The notes: a model not told the origin generated them from the sequence alone. Positions 17,580-27,190 are shown, counted from the first letter of the stretch. The stretch: 64,000 nucleotides of DNA from an uncultured Gammaproteobacteria bacterium (GCA_964412165.1 CAYPMW010000003.1:10338-74337); one strand, 5' to 3'. Numbers and translations: made by a program.

Positions 17580-20500
17580 ATGAATAGCGAATTTAGCGTC
17601 CTGTCTGATCTGGCGGTGGGAAAAGGCATCAAACATTCCCAGCTTCTTTCCGCTATCCATAAAGAAGTCTCGAGTGAATATCAGGCGCGATACCCTGACA
17701 GAGAACAACCTAGCGTATTAGTTGATGAAACTTCGGGAGAGGTGAAATTATTTTTGGGTACGCGGGAAATCACACCAGATGAATTCCGCCCAGTGGCGAG
17801 AGATGTAGCCAGAAAAACAGTCGTTCATCTTCTTAGTCATCTCCCAACGATTCCGGAAAAACGTATGTTTTCCCAGTCCGGTTGGCTCACAAAATTCCTT
17901 TTCTGGTCATATAACGGTATGTATGCGGTATTTGTATTGGTATATTTATTACATTTTCTTGACTCTAGCTTCAGGCAAAATCTTTGGGAGGGTGCTAAAA
18001 ACGTAGGTTTTTTTAAATCATTACTTTTTCTTCTTTTCTTTCTCACGCCTATTCTATCAATCATCTCTGCATTCAAATCAAAAGTCGTGAGAACTCATCT
18101 CGCAAAATTTTTCTTCGTGCTCGAGGTACCAATCATAACGGTGATATTTTTGGCTCTAAACGTATTTAGAGACCAAAATTCAGCCATGTGGTTTTTCATT
18201 CTCATGCTCGTTTTTACTCCTATAATGTATTTCCTGTCACTTCTTAAATACAAACCTGCGTCAAAGCGCGGGTTTATAATATTTATACTAGTTCAGTTGT
18301 GGGTCATTCTAACGTCTACTTATATCGGTCTCTTACTGCTGTTTTACCTTCCCCTGATTGTTTCAACTGTATATGTCGGCTTTTTTGGGGAATTTCTTGG
18401 AGATGTTTTCTTTGCATTCGGACGAAACGGATTAGATTTTTACATGAGTAATTTATTATGGGCTTTATTTGTCTTAACCTTAGCTTTAATTGCGATCACT
18501 TTCCTTACCGTTCTCTTGTCTCTGCCATATATCGTCACGTACCTGATGGTAAAAATCTGCCGCCGAACAGAAGAAGAGGCATTAAAATACATTTCTTCCA
18601 TTCAGATACATCGATTATATGTGTATGGGGTGCTCGCGTTTATCGCCACTGTGCTCGTTTTGTCGTATCAACCCAACATCGGTCCTTATATAACAAAACT
18701 GACACAACTTAGTTCTCTCACGATCTATGATGAACAGGAGGGTTTAGCCAAGGAACTTATTCCTCATGAAAAAGAGATTAAACAAGGTCTAGAAGATATG
18801 CTCTATGCACGGAGCAGGTATCTTTTTATAAAAGATGATACGCATCTGAAAGATGGTTATGAAGAAATACTCAATTTTGATCCGGTCATTGCCTCAGTTA
18901 TTAACGACACATTTCTCACCTTAGCTCATCCGTTTGTCTACCGACAGCAAAACAGTTCTTACTCTAATGCCAATTCTATGTATGAATACATTTTTGGAAC
19001 CTCCCCATATAACAAAAGTACTCCCCGTCAAACTGAGGTAGCCAACGTTAAATTAGTTTCACGAACTACTTCGGCTACTACGGACTATGATGGCATGATC
19101 GCAACCATATCTTTTGAAGAAGAATTTACTAATAAAACTAATTGGAACCAGGAGGTGATATACGAGTTTTCGCTTGCCTCCGATGCGGTAATTTCTGAAC
19201 TTAAACTAGGTCCGAACTTGGAATTTGCAGGACTCATTGCTCCCCGAGGAGCTGCGCAAAAAACGTATCAACAAGAACTCAATCGAAGTCGCGACCCAGC
19301 GCTCCTTGAGCAGACCGGGCCGCGTCAATATAGACTCCGGGTTTTCCCTATCCCACCAAAAACCGATCCTTTGCTTATCGGTGGTAAAAATCAAAAAGTG
19401 CGTTTTACCTACCGAGTGTTGGCCGATGCGTTGGGGTACGCACTACCTGTTTTTTCCAAAAAACAAAATTTAGACGAAGCAAGTCACACTAAAACTATTA
19501 CCATTAATACCATACCTGCTTCGGTAACTACTTCAGGAAGTACTAGTTTTATAAAACCTGATGTAAATACTTTTGATCTTTGTTCAATTCGGACGATATA
19601 TTCATCGCGAACAAATTATCTTGGGCAAACGGTAAAGCTTGTCCCGCATCAAGCAAATCCACTCCTCACTGACTCATACGAATGCAGTAAAACCATTGTC
19701 CCTACTAAACTTATCACCTCACTCTCGGATAAAAAAATAGCTCTCCTCATTGACGCCTCATACTCAAACAAACATAACCCATTTGTGAAGCAGTTTAGGG
19801 AATTGGTGAAAGTCTATCCGACGCTTGTTAGCCAAAATACGGTTAATCTCTATCTTTATAATGATAAACTCAGTAGCCCGCGCTCGCTCACGGGAGATTC
19901 ACTCACTCAACTTGAGGGGATCACGTATTTTGGCAAAAATAATTGGTATGAAGTCATTGCGACGCTGAATGGAGATTATGATTTTGCCATTGTGGTAGTG
20001 GGAAACAACGTTACTCTTAGTCGAGATACCGCCACCCAGTCGGACACGACTACTATTTCGCTTAACTTTCCTTTTTACATCTACCACTTAAACGGTGAAC
20101 TCCCGAGTTACCCCAGCCAGGTAATGAATGCTCTCACCCAAAGTGGTGGAAATTCATATACGTCACTTAAAGATATTTTTACCGATGTGGTCTTGCGCGA
20201 CATTTTAGTGACGACCGATTCAAAGGTGTATCGCCCATTATCACTTTACGGAAGTATCATGGTTGATGATAAACGCGAGGTATCACTTGAAACGGATACA
20301 ACTTCCCTATCGCCATCTCCACCTGTTTCTAACTTAGCTACCAATAGTTCAGATCCACTCAGTTTTATTTATGCACGCGCTTTTATATACGACCTGATAG
20401 CTCAGTACCCCGGAGCTTTTGAAAAAAACCTCACATTTCTTGATTCGGTGCACGACTTGGCTAAAAAAACCCATATTGTGACACCCTTTTCATCACTGAT

Positions 20501-20843
20501 CGCCTTAGTTAACGCGCAGCAGATTGAAAATCTGGAAGAATTTTCTGACCAATCTGATCGTTATGAAGACACTAGCCGTTTGAGTGAATCCCAAATTCCT
20601 CCTCCAATGAACTTTCCTATGGGTAGTTTAGACTTCGTTGGCGGCTTAGCGTTTTCTCGACAATCGCCGAGTGTTATGATGGATGGAGGTGGCGAACTTG
20701 GTATTGTACCAACTGCTTCTATTGGTAATGTATTACAATTCGTCCCTTTCTTACTGGTAAATGGCTTAATAATATCAATTGGGGTGATAGTAGTTTTTGT
20801 CCGCGCTGTCCGCCATCGACGTCAGAATCTTAAAAAGATATAA
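17580..20843 (+). CDS. Large membrane protein (1087 aa): ~120-aa cytoplasmic N-domain, ~10 TM helices, ~650-aa extracytoplasmic region, C-terminal TM anchor; function unknown
   Basis: Hydropathy pattern read from the translation. No recognisable catalytic motif. Confidence 0.6.
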   Translation: MNSEFSVLSDLAVGKGIKHSQLLSAIHKEVSSEYQARYPDREQPSVLVDETSGEVKLFLGTREITPDEFRPVARDVARKTVVHLLSHLPTIPEKRMFSQSGWLTKFLFWSYNGMYAVFVLVYLLHFLDSSFRQNLWEGAKNVGFFKSLLFLLFFLTPILSIISAFKSKVVRTHLAKFFFVLEVPIITVIFLALNVFRDQNSAMWFFILMLVFTPIMYFLSLLKYKPASKRGFIIFILVQLWVILTSTYIGLLLLFYLPLIVSTVYVGFFGEFLGDVFFAFGRNGLDFYMSNLLWALFVLTLALIAITFLTVLLSLPYIVTYLMVKICRRTEEEALKYISSIQIHRLYVYGVLAFIATVLVLSYQPNIGPYITKLTQLSSLTIYDEQEGLAKELIPHEKEIKQGLEDMLYARSRYLFIKDDTHLKDGYEEILNFDPVIASVINDTFLTLAHPFVYRQQNSSYSNANSMYEYIFGTSPYNKSTPRQTEVANVKLVSRTTSATTDYDGMIATISFEEEFTNKTNWNQEVIYEFSLASDAVISELKLGPNLEFAGLIAPRGAAQKTYQQELNRSRDPALLEQTGPRQYRLRVFPIPPKTDPLLIGGKNQKVRFTYRVLADALGYALPVFSKKQNLDEASHTKTITINTIPASVTTSGSTSFIKPDVNTFDLCSIRTIYSSRTNYLGQTVKLVPHQANPLLTDSYECSKTIVPTKLITSLSDKKIALLIDASYSNKHNPFVKQFRELVKVYPTLVSQNTVNLYLYNDKLSSPRSLTGDSLTQLEGITYFGKNNWYEVIATLNGDYDFAIVVVGNNVTLSRDTATQSDTTTISLNFPFYIYHLNGELPSYPSQVMNALTQSGGNSYTSLKDIFTDVVLRDILVTTDSKVYRPLSLYGSIMVDDKREVSLETDTTSLSPSPPVSNLATNSSDPLSFIYARAFIYDLIAQYPGAFEKNLTFLDSVHDLAKKTHIVTPFSSLIALVNAQQIENLEEFSDQSDRYEDTSRLSESQIPPPMNFPMGSLDFVGGLAFSRQSPSVMMDGGGELGIVPTASIGNVLQFVPFLLVNGLIISIGVIVVFVRAVRHRRQNLKKI

Positions 20844-20931
20844 CGGGATAACTATATTTGGATGTCACCCCGCTATAAGTAACTCCCAATTATATTTTCA
20901 GATCATGGGTTTAATTCCGAATATCAACGAA

Positions 20932-22152
20932 TCAGAATGCCGATTTTATATGATTTTGTTGCCGTAGCAAACGGTAGGCAAAAATGGCAGATAGTAGTAT
21001 GAACATACTGCCAGCAAAAAATGGTGCAGGGATATAAAATGTGATTAGGATACCTCCGATTATCGGTCCAATAATAAATGCCAGACTTTGGTAAGAAGCA
21101 TTGATCCCAAGTAATGATCCTTGTGATTTAGCATCTGTTTCTTTTGACAAAAGTGCCTGAAGTAAGGGATTTATGAATCCGTTCACGAGTGACTGAATGA
21201 CGGTGATTATCGTAAAAATTGTATAACTTCTGACAAGGAAAAAGCTGAAAAATGTAAGCACTAGACACTCAAGCATCGTGAGTAGCGCTTTTTTTTCACC
21301 TAGACGTTTCACCAGACGAGGAATAATCACAATTTGGGATATGAAACCAACCAAACCGAGAACCGTAAAATTAATTGAAATTTGAATATCAGTTAACCTC
21401 AACACGTCTCTTGCAAACGGTTGATAGACAGAAATAAACAACGAAAGTGCTACGGAATACAAAAACGAAATAAGTAGTGTCTCGCCGATGGCTTCATCAA
21501 CAAGTGCCATTCCAAGTTTTCGAATATCAAATAGTTTCCCTGGTGGTATTTCCCCCTTATGGGTGTTGGTTTCAGGCAATACAAAGCTCGTTATAAGCAA
21601 AGCAAACAGTGATATGAACGCGGCCGCGAGAAATGGCACCTGATATCCATACATCAGTGTAGCGGCTGAAATGGCCGGACCAATGGTAAACCCAAGAGCA
21701 AATGAAGCGCCGATAATCCCAAATCCTTTCGCGCGGTCGGCAGAAGCAGTAGTATCTGAAATTACTGCCGCTGCCACCGGTAAATTTCCCGCCGTTATCC
21801 CATCAAGCGCCCGGGCAATAAAAAGCCACAGTACAGATGGGGCGTATGCCATGAGTACAAATGAGCTTACTGTGCCTGCAAGCGATACGACGAGCAATGG
21901 CTTTCGTCCGTATTTATCAGATAGTCTTCCGATTACGGGGGTAGATATAAATTGGCACATCGAAAAAATGGAAAACAGTAAGCCGTATTGAAAGTACGAC
22001 AAACCTAATCTTTGACCATACCCGTAAAGGATGGGGATAATGATTCCGTACCCCAAGGCATTGACGACTGAAATCATGGCAATGACAAAAAGATTTTTAT
22101 TTCCAGTCATATTCAGCATGAAAAGAAAAAACCCCAGCCAGAAGATGCTCAA
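20932..22152 (-). CDS. MFS transporter (12 TM, drug:H+ antiporter-like)
   Basis: ..GRLSDKYGRKPLL.. MFS motif A and duplicated 6-TM halves. Confidence 0.8.
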   Translation of the reverse strand: MSIFWLGFFLFMLNMTGNKNLFVIAMISVVNALGYGIIIPILYGYGQRLGLSYFQYGLLFSIFSMCQFISTPVIGRLSDKYGRKPLLVVSLAGTVSSFVLMAYAPSVLWLFIARALDGITAGNLPVAAAVISDTTASADRAKGFGIIGASFALGFTIGPAISAATLMYGYQVPFLAAAFISLFALLITSFVLPETNTHKGEIPPGKLFDIRKLGMALVDEAIGETLLISFLYSVALSLFISVYQPFARDVLRLTDIQISINFTVLGLVGFISQIVIIPRLVKRLGEKKALLTMLECLVLTFFSFFLVRSYTIFTIITVIQSLVNGFINPLLQALLSKETDAKSQGSLLGINASYQSLAFIIGPIIGGILITFYIPAPFFAGSMFILLSAIFAYRLLRQQNHIKSAF

Positions 22153-22355
22153 CCTCGTTAGACTTGGGGTGCTCTAAGTACTTTCAAATATTAATCGATA
22201 ACATATACTTTTGAAAACATACCATCATAATAAATTAAAAAATAGATTTATCACTAAAGCAGGGAATACTACTACAGTAAGAATAGTATACAACCCGCGA
22301 CATTCTTTACGATGGAGTAATGGAAATATACTCAGATCTTCTTACCAACACTAAT

Positions 22356-22823
22356 CTAGCGGGAAACTTGAAGCACTTCGCCATCCTCAGCGTTACAGGC
22401 CTTCACCGTCACAATATTGTTAGCGTCTGCAGCCACGGAATAATAGGTAGTAGCGGCAGATCCAGATTTCGGATCGATCGGCATGGTTTTAAGGTATGGT
22501 GAGAGCGTTGTCGAAAGATCCACACAGGTAGCTGCCGCGTCAGTGCAGATCGTATTACCCCCACTAGCGCAACTTCCCAACTGTTTTTCAGTGGTTGTGA
22601 TACCCGCCGGCAGTGCTCCATCGTTATCTACGGCATATTCATGGATGGCCGTGAGAATACTATTAATATGACTTACCCGATGAGCATTGCGTGATTGGGC
22701 AAACCGCACTGGTGGATTTAAAGCTACTATCACGCTGACTGCCAAGATAGCAATGATGGCTACCACTATCAGGAGTTCTATTAAAGTAAAGCCATATCGA
22801 CTAGTTGTTAATATTTTTTGCAT
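22356..22823 (-). CDS. pilA: Type IV pilin (prepilin with class III signal GFTLIELLIVVAIIAIL), paralog 1
   Basis: N-terminal G|FTLIELL cleavage/methylation motif plus a C-terminal Cys-containing globular domain. Confidence 0.85.
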   Translation of the reverse strand: MQKILTTSRYGFTLIELLIVVAIIAILAVSVIVALNPPVRFAQSRNAHRVSHINSILTAIHEYAVDNDGALPAGITTTEKQLGSCASGGNTICTDAAATCVDLSTTLSPYLKTMPIDPKSGSAATTYYSVAADANNIVTVKACNAEDGEVLQVSR

Positions 22824-22856
22824 ACTCCTCTCAAGAAAAACTGTCTTAAAACTAAG

Positions 22857-23348
22857 TTATCTTGATACTTCAATTACACTACCACTTTCAGCTCCACAAG
22901 CCCTGACAGTCACAATGCCGTTGACAGACTTGGCTGAGTATTTGGTATAGTTGGCGCTACTGGCAAGCGACGGATCTCTGGGAATGGATTTCAGATAGTC
23001 AGCGAGTGTGGTCGACAAGTCAAGACACGCAGCTGCGGCACCACACGAATCGGCTCCAGTATCGGTATCAGCGCAAGTACCCAGTTGTTTCTCGGTTGAT
23101 GTCACACCTGCGGGTATAGATCCGTCATTATCAACTATGTACTCTTGTACTGCGGTCAATATGCTGTTGACATCGCTGTAACGTCTGGCGTTTCTCGCAT
23201 CAGCAAATCTAGCTGCAGGATTTAAAGCAACATAGACCCCGACTGAGAGGATAGCAATAATTGCAATGACTATCAGGAGTTCAATTAAGGTAAAACCTTT
23301 TGAAAATTTGGATAGATTGAGTCTTCTCATAACTACCTTTCTCCTCAC
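22857..23348 (-). CDS. pilA: Type IV pilin, paralog 2 (~55% identical to its neighbour)
   Basis: KGFTLIELLIVIAIIAILSVGVYVALNP.. prepilin N-terminus. Same domain layout as the 22356..22823 gene. Confidence 0.85.
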   Translation of the reverse strand: MRRKVVMRRLNLSKFSKGFTLIELLIVIAIIAILSVGVYVALNPAARFADARNARRYSDVNSILTAVQEYIVDNDGSIPAGVTSTEKQLGTCADTDTGADSCGAAAACLDLSTTLADYLKSIPRDPSLASSANYTKYSAKSVNGIVTVRACGAESGSVIEVSR

Positions 23349-23364
23349 TACGAGGCTAAATGAT

Positions 23365-24762
23365 TTATTTCTTTTTACCCACTACGATAAGCAAATCATA
23401 CTCAGAATCCTTTGTCAATAGGTCACTGGATACACTCACCAAATATTCTTTTTCCAAGGCTGATTTTACTACTCTGAGAGCGTCTGGCGTGACTGTCTCT
23501 TTCCGTTGCAGTTGTGTATTTTCGTAGTCGTATCTATCTGCATTTCCGAGTGTTATTAATGTAAGTCCAATTGGCGTCAGCAGCCCTTCTACATACGCGG
23601 CTTCGCCTACTACTCCGGAGCCATTTAGAATTTGTACTTTGAGTTCATTGGATAAACTCGGCGAACTAGTCGCTTCAGGTGGAGATGCGGTAATATCGGC
23701 AGATGGAGAAGGACTTGTTGAGGGGAGTTCGGTGGTATTAATTATTTGTCCTAATGCATAAAAAACACCAAGCCCCACAACAAAAGCGAACGTTCCGGAA
23801 ACGAGTCCGAACAGGAGGTTTTTTTTATTGAATTTTGGTTGCGCTTCCTCGGTTTTATCAACTTGGGGTGTAATCGGCTCTGCCTGCTCACCTGGAGGGT
23901 TTTCATGTAAATCAGGATTTTGTAATTCTTCCCGAGGAATTTCAATTAACACATCTGCCTCATTTGCTACTGGCTGTGTTGGCGAAAGCGATAGTTTAAG
24001 ATCGATACTATCTTTGTCATTTCGGTGATGACGTTTTTGTTTTGCTATTTCCAAGATTAAGTCAAGCGATTTTTTATTTGCTTTTTCCAAAAGCGCCCCA
24101 TTTACCTCTCGGATAAATTTAGGATCATACACTAGTTTGGTTGGATCAAGACTCACTCCAAATTGAGCTTTTGCGTAGGCAAAAATTTCCTCCAGTTTAC
24201 TCGCAGTCAATTCTGAGATAGATTTAGTGTAGAGGACCCTACCACTTTGTGCGAGTACTACAAGCGATTCAAATCCGCACCAAATTATGAGATGAGGTTC
24301 TTTGACTTGCTTTGTTAGCTGAGCCAAGAGGATTGAAACCGGTTGGATGAGTGTAACGGCGAGCTTAATCTCTTTTGCTGCGTACGACAATGCATTCAGA
24401 AACTCCCACCGAATAACGGTAACTTGTATATACTCTGTCTTCTTCGCAACGTTGTCTCCTACTTTGGCCCAGTCAAAATTTGTTTCATTTATTTCCTCTG
24501 GGACTTGCGAGGCTATTGTTTTAAGAATTTTATCTCGGGTCGCCTCAGCCTTTGGTAACTCGAGCTGGATTACATAACTACTATCTTCACCCACAATCCA
24601 CTTGGCTGTCGTTATCGCAAGCTCGTTCTTGACTTTCTCTAAGGCTGTCGTTGGGTTTACGCCGTCCCAGTCAATCTCCAGTAGCCTCGAGTCTTGAGTA
24701 TCCCCACTAGTCGCATGAATTGTATTCCGGGTAATATAACAAATGGCCCCTTTTTCAAACAT
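23365..24762 (-). CDS. pilM: PilM-like actin-fold pilus assembly protein fused to a TM segment and a C-terminal LytR_C-like domain
   Basis: N-terminal ~300 aa match the PilM/FtsA-like pattern (..HLIIWCGFESLVVLAQSGRVLYTKSI..). One TM helix (LLFGLVSGTFAFVVGLGVFYAL). The C-terminal ..LKVQILNGSGVVGEA..YDLLIVVGK matches the LytR_C fold signature. Confidence 0.5.
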   Translation of the reverse strand: MFEKGAICYITRNTIHATSGDTQDSRLLEIDWDGVNPTTALEKVKNELAITTAKWIVGEDSSYVIQLELPKAEATRDKILKTIASQVPEEINETNFDWAKVGDNVAKKTEYIQVTVIRWEFLNALSYAAKEIKLAVTLIQPVSILLAQLTKQVKEPHLIIWCGFESLVVLAQSGRVLYTKSISELTASKLEEIFAYAKAQFGVSLDPTKLVYDPKFIREVNGALLEKANKKSLDLILEIAKQKRHHRNDKDSIDLKLSLSPTQPVANEADVLIEIPREELQNPDLHENPPGEQAEPITPQVDKTEEAQPKFNKKNLLFGLVSGTFAFVVGLGVFYALGQIINTTELPSTSPSPSADITASPPEATSSPSLSNELKVQILNGSGVVGEAAYVEGLLTPIGLTLITLGNADRYDYENTQLQRKETVTPDALRVVKSALEKEYLVSVSSDLLTKDSEYDLLIVVGKKK

Positions 24763-24766
24763 AGTC

Positions 24767-25186
24767 TCAATTTGTTTCCGTCCAGCTGGTAATTCCTACT
24801 GCGTTACCGCGACTTGCAGTCACTGTAATTTTTTTAGTAAATCCATTACGATTAGCGTTTACGGAAAAATTCCAAGTAGTACCGACATTTGAATTAATAG
24901 TAACAGAACAATTGCCTTCAGGTAAAGAGATAGAAACAGGTATACTTCCAGTCTTACTCAGCTTAATGAGTGCATCTTCAACACATCCTTCGACAAAATC
25001 GAGCGTTTCCGAACTTTTTTTGGCAGCGAATGAACTTTGACTATCATTAATGGCGGTAATCGTTAAGGAAATTCCTACCACAAGTACCAATGCGCCAATT
25101 ATAAGTACCGTACTTATTGCCACGTACCCGCGAATTCGTATGTCTTTACCGGATTTAGTTTGAGCGAATTTCGGCTGATCCTTCAT
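24767..25186 (-). CDS. Pilin-like/pseudopilin-like small protein with an N-terminal hydrophobic helix (atypical; no G-F-x-x-x-E signal)
   Basis: Hydrophobic N-terminus (YVAISTVLIIGALVLVVGISL). The start is placed at the internal Met (MKDQ..) to avoid a 100-nt overlap with the upstream gene; the longest ORF extends to 25255. Confidence 0.4.
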   Translation of the reverse strand: MKDQPKFAQTKSGKDIRIRGYVAISTVLIIGALVLVVGISLTITAINDSQSSFAAKKSSETLDFVEGCVEDALIKLSKTGSIPVSISLPEGNCSVTINSNVGTTWNFSVNANRNGFTKKITVTASRGNAVGITSWTETN

Positions 25187-25670
25187 ACGTTCTTGATAGA
25201 TTAAACTCCTTGCGGGTCCCCAAGCTCGCATACTCAATCGTAATTGAAAAAGCAATATGTTTTGATTTTAGATCTGCCGAAGAAAGGTTTGTAAATGTCA
25301 GTCCGGTCACGCGCACTTCACTACTCGTGAGAGGCATAGTATAAGTTTCTGAATTACAATTTCCACCGCCCCAGGCTATATTCAGACGGTGGTTATTTAT
25401 AAAAATCCGCATTGGATCATGACCGGGATCAGTTGACCGCAAGCAAATCTGGGTGTTGGAAAAAGTTTGTATCCCGCTTGCGTTTCGGATTTCATAAGAC
25501 ACGCGAGCTACTGCGTGTCTTAGGTTATAGTGTACCTCCTGCTCGACATTCGATTTTGCACTGCCATATATCACATCCCATGTAAATAGAATACTGCCGG
25601 TAAGAAATATTGACAGTAGAGCAATATATATAATGAGTTCAATAAATGTAAAACCCGACTTCTGTTTCAT
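25155..25670 (-). CDS. Minor pilin / pseudopilin with a prepilin-type N-terminal cleavage-methylation domain
   Basis: MKQKSGFTFIELIIYIALLSIFLTG.. class III signal peptide. Confidence 0.75.
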   Translation of the reverse strand: MKQKSGFTFIELIIYIALLSIFLTGSILFTWDVIYGSAKSNVEQEVHYNLRHAVARVSYEIRNASGIQTFSNTQICLRSTDPGHDPMRIFINNHRLNIAWGGGNCNSETYTMPLTSSEVRVTGLTFTNLSSADLKSKHIAFSITIEYASLGTRKEFNLSRTYEGSAEIRSN

Positions 25671-27184
25671 TGTAATTTAATGATAATGAGTTCTTCATTA
25701 TTTGCATTTCCAACAGCTACCACTCGATCTGTATTCGGATGATAAGTGACTCCACTTAAGATATCGGGTAAATCGAGTGAACCTGCATTTTGGGGCGAAC
25801 TCAGATCGACTAGGTTGATGACTTGGAACTCAGCCAAACTATTATCAGATGCCAAGTAAACCAGAGAGTTTGCGGCATGGAAGTAAATATCATTAATTAT
25901 TTGTGGAGTACCGACAGAAGAATAGGTACTTACTACATATGGTAAATTTGGATTAGAAATATTGATAGTCGCGACTTCACCATTTTCACGTCCAAGAACC
26001 AAAGTATCACCTGAACCGTCAATTGAACGACCGTTATCTGTCCCTGTTAGATCGAGAGTCGCGGAAATTGTAGGAGTCGAGGGATTGGTGATATTTACGA
26101 CCTGCAATTCCTGACTATTAATCTTGGTCGCCAAATATGCATAGTTACCTACTACAACTAAATCAAATACGTTATCAGCTGAATGTAATCCACCCACACG
26201 TGTCGGATTAGCAGGATTGGCTACATTGACAATCACCAATTCTTCTCCGACACCACCTAGACGGGATAAATATATCAGATCACCCACGCCGTAAACTCCA
26301 GTGACATCATTGTTTCTATCGGCATTAAATGTGCCAATAATCGACGGACTGGTAGGGTTTGTGATATTTACTACTGTCAGTTCTTGGTTATTCGCCGTTG
26401 ACCCAATGTATGCATAATTTCCCATGATATACAGATTGGTCGGATCACCAGGCAAGGTCAAAGTCACTACCTCAGTCGGATTAGTTGGATTAGCAATGTT
26501 TACCACAGATAAATCAGGAACACCTCCAGATCTAATAACAAACGCGTAGTCCCCCGATGTTTGTACTTTCCTGGCATTGTTATTCTTACTCATGTTTAGT
26601 CGGCCTTCGATAGTAATGATTGGCTTTCTAAAATTGGTTAAATACGTCGCCAACAAGACGTCATTAGTTCTGGTGGGAGAAAAATTCCAAGATACTTTTG
26701 ATTCTATCCTAAATGTATCCGGATCGACTGATCCTCCACCTGTGACGATATTTTGCGTACCATCACGCATCACCGGATAGACAGTAATAGTCCGGTTAAA
26801 TTTCCCGTTCGTGTTGCTTCCCGGTGTAAAACGCCAAACTCCAGTTGACAGGTCAATCGCAAATGTCCCAGACATAAGATTTGACCAGGTCATATTACGA
26901 ATAGATCTGGCTGCCTCAATCCCTTCCTGGCTGTAGGTGTGAGCAAATGACAATTCGTGTGACATGCGGTTGACGGAAAAAGAATGCACAACACTCACTA
27001 CAGCCGTGGTCGCAATGATTAAAAACAAGCTGACCGCCAAAATAATTTCTATGATCCCGAATCCGTGAATCAAATTCTTTTTTTTCCGGTTCATCTGGTA
27101 GAATAATTGAAACCACCTAGCATCATGCCCAAACGGTGCGGATGTATATATAGAAAAGCAGATACTATTTAGTAATTTTTTCAT
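25667..27184 (-). CDS. Prepilin-like N-terminus fused to an LVIVD-repeat beta-propeller (candidate pilus-associated adhesin)
   Basis: ..NLIHGFGIIEIILAVSLFLIIATTAV.. is a pilin-like leader and helix. The probable true start is the internal MNRKKK.. at ~27094. At least six L-x-V-V-N-I-x-N-P-x-x-P repeats (LSVVNIANPTNP, LTVVNITNPTSP, LVIVNVANPANP, LQVVNITNPSTP, VATINISNPNLP, FQVINLVDLSSP) match the LVIVD repeat family. Confidence 0.65.
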   Translation of the reverse strand: MKKLLNSICFSIYTSAPFGHDARWFQLFYQMNRKKKNLIHGFGIIEIILAVSLFLIIATTAVVSVVHSFSVNRMSHELSFAHTYSQEGIEAARSIRNMTWSNLMSGTFAIDLSTGVWRFTPGSNTNGKFNRTITVYPVMRDGTQNIVTGGGSVDPDTFRIESKVSWNFSPTRTNDVLLATYLTNFRKPIITIEGRLNMSKNNNARKVQTSGDYAFVIRSGGVPDLSVVNIANPTNPTEVVTLTLPGDPTNLYIMGNYAYIGSTANNQELTVVNITNPTSPSIIGTFNADRNNDVTGVYGVGDLIYLSRLGGVGEELVIVNVANPANPTRVGGLHSADNVFDLVVVGNYAYLATKINSQELQVVNITNPSTPTISATLDLTGTDNGRSIDGSGDTLVLGRENGEVATINISNPNLPYVVSTYSSVGTPQIINDIYFHAANSLVYLASDNSLAEFQVINLVDLSSPQNAGSLDLPDILSGVTYHPNTDRVVAVGNANNEELIIIKLQ

Positions 27185-27190
27185 GGAAAC

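Noticed and set aside
17120-17580. Assigning the GC-rich hairpin block to RNase P RNA, SRP RNA, tmRNA or a TPP riboswitch
   Set aside because: The defining motifs are absent. These are the P4 GGAAAGUCCGG / ACAGAAnCCGGCUUA pair, the SRP GGAAGCAGCC with a GNRA loop, the tmRNA T-arm with CCA and tag ORF, and the TPP CUGAGA box. The segment TGCCAGCAGGTAGG only superficially resembles part of the TPP aptamer.
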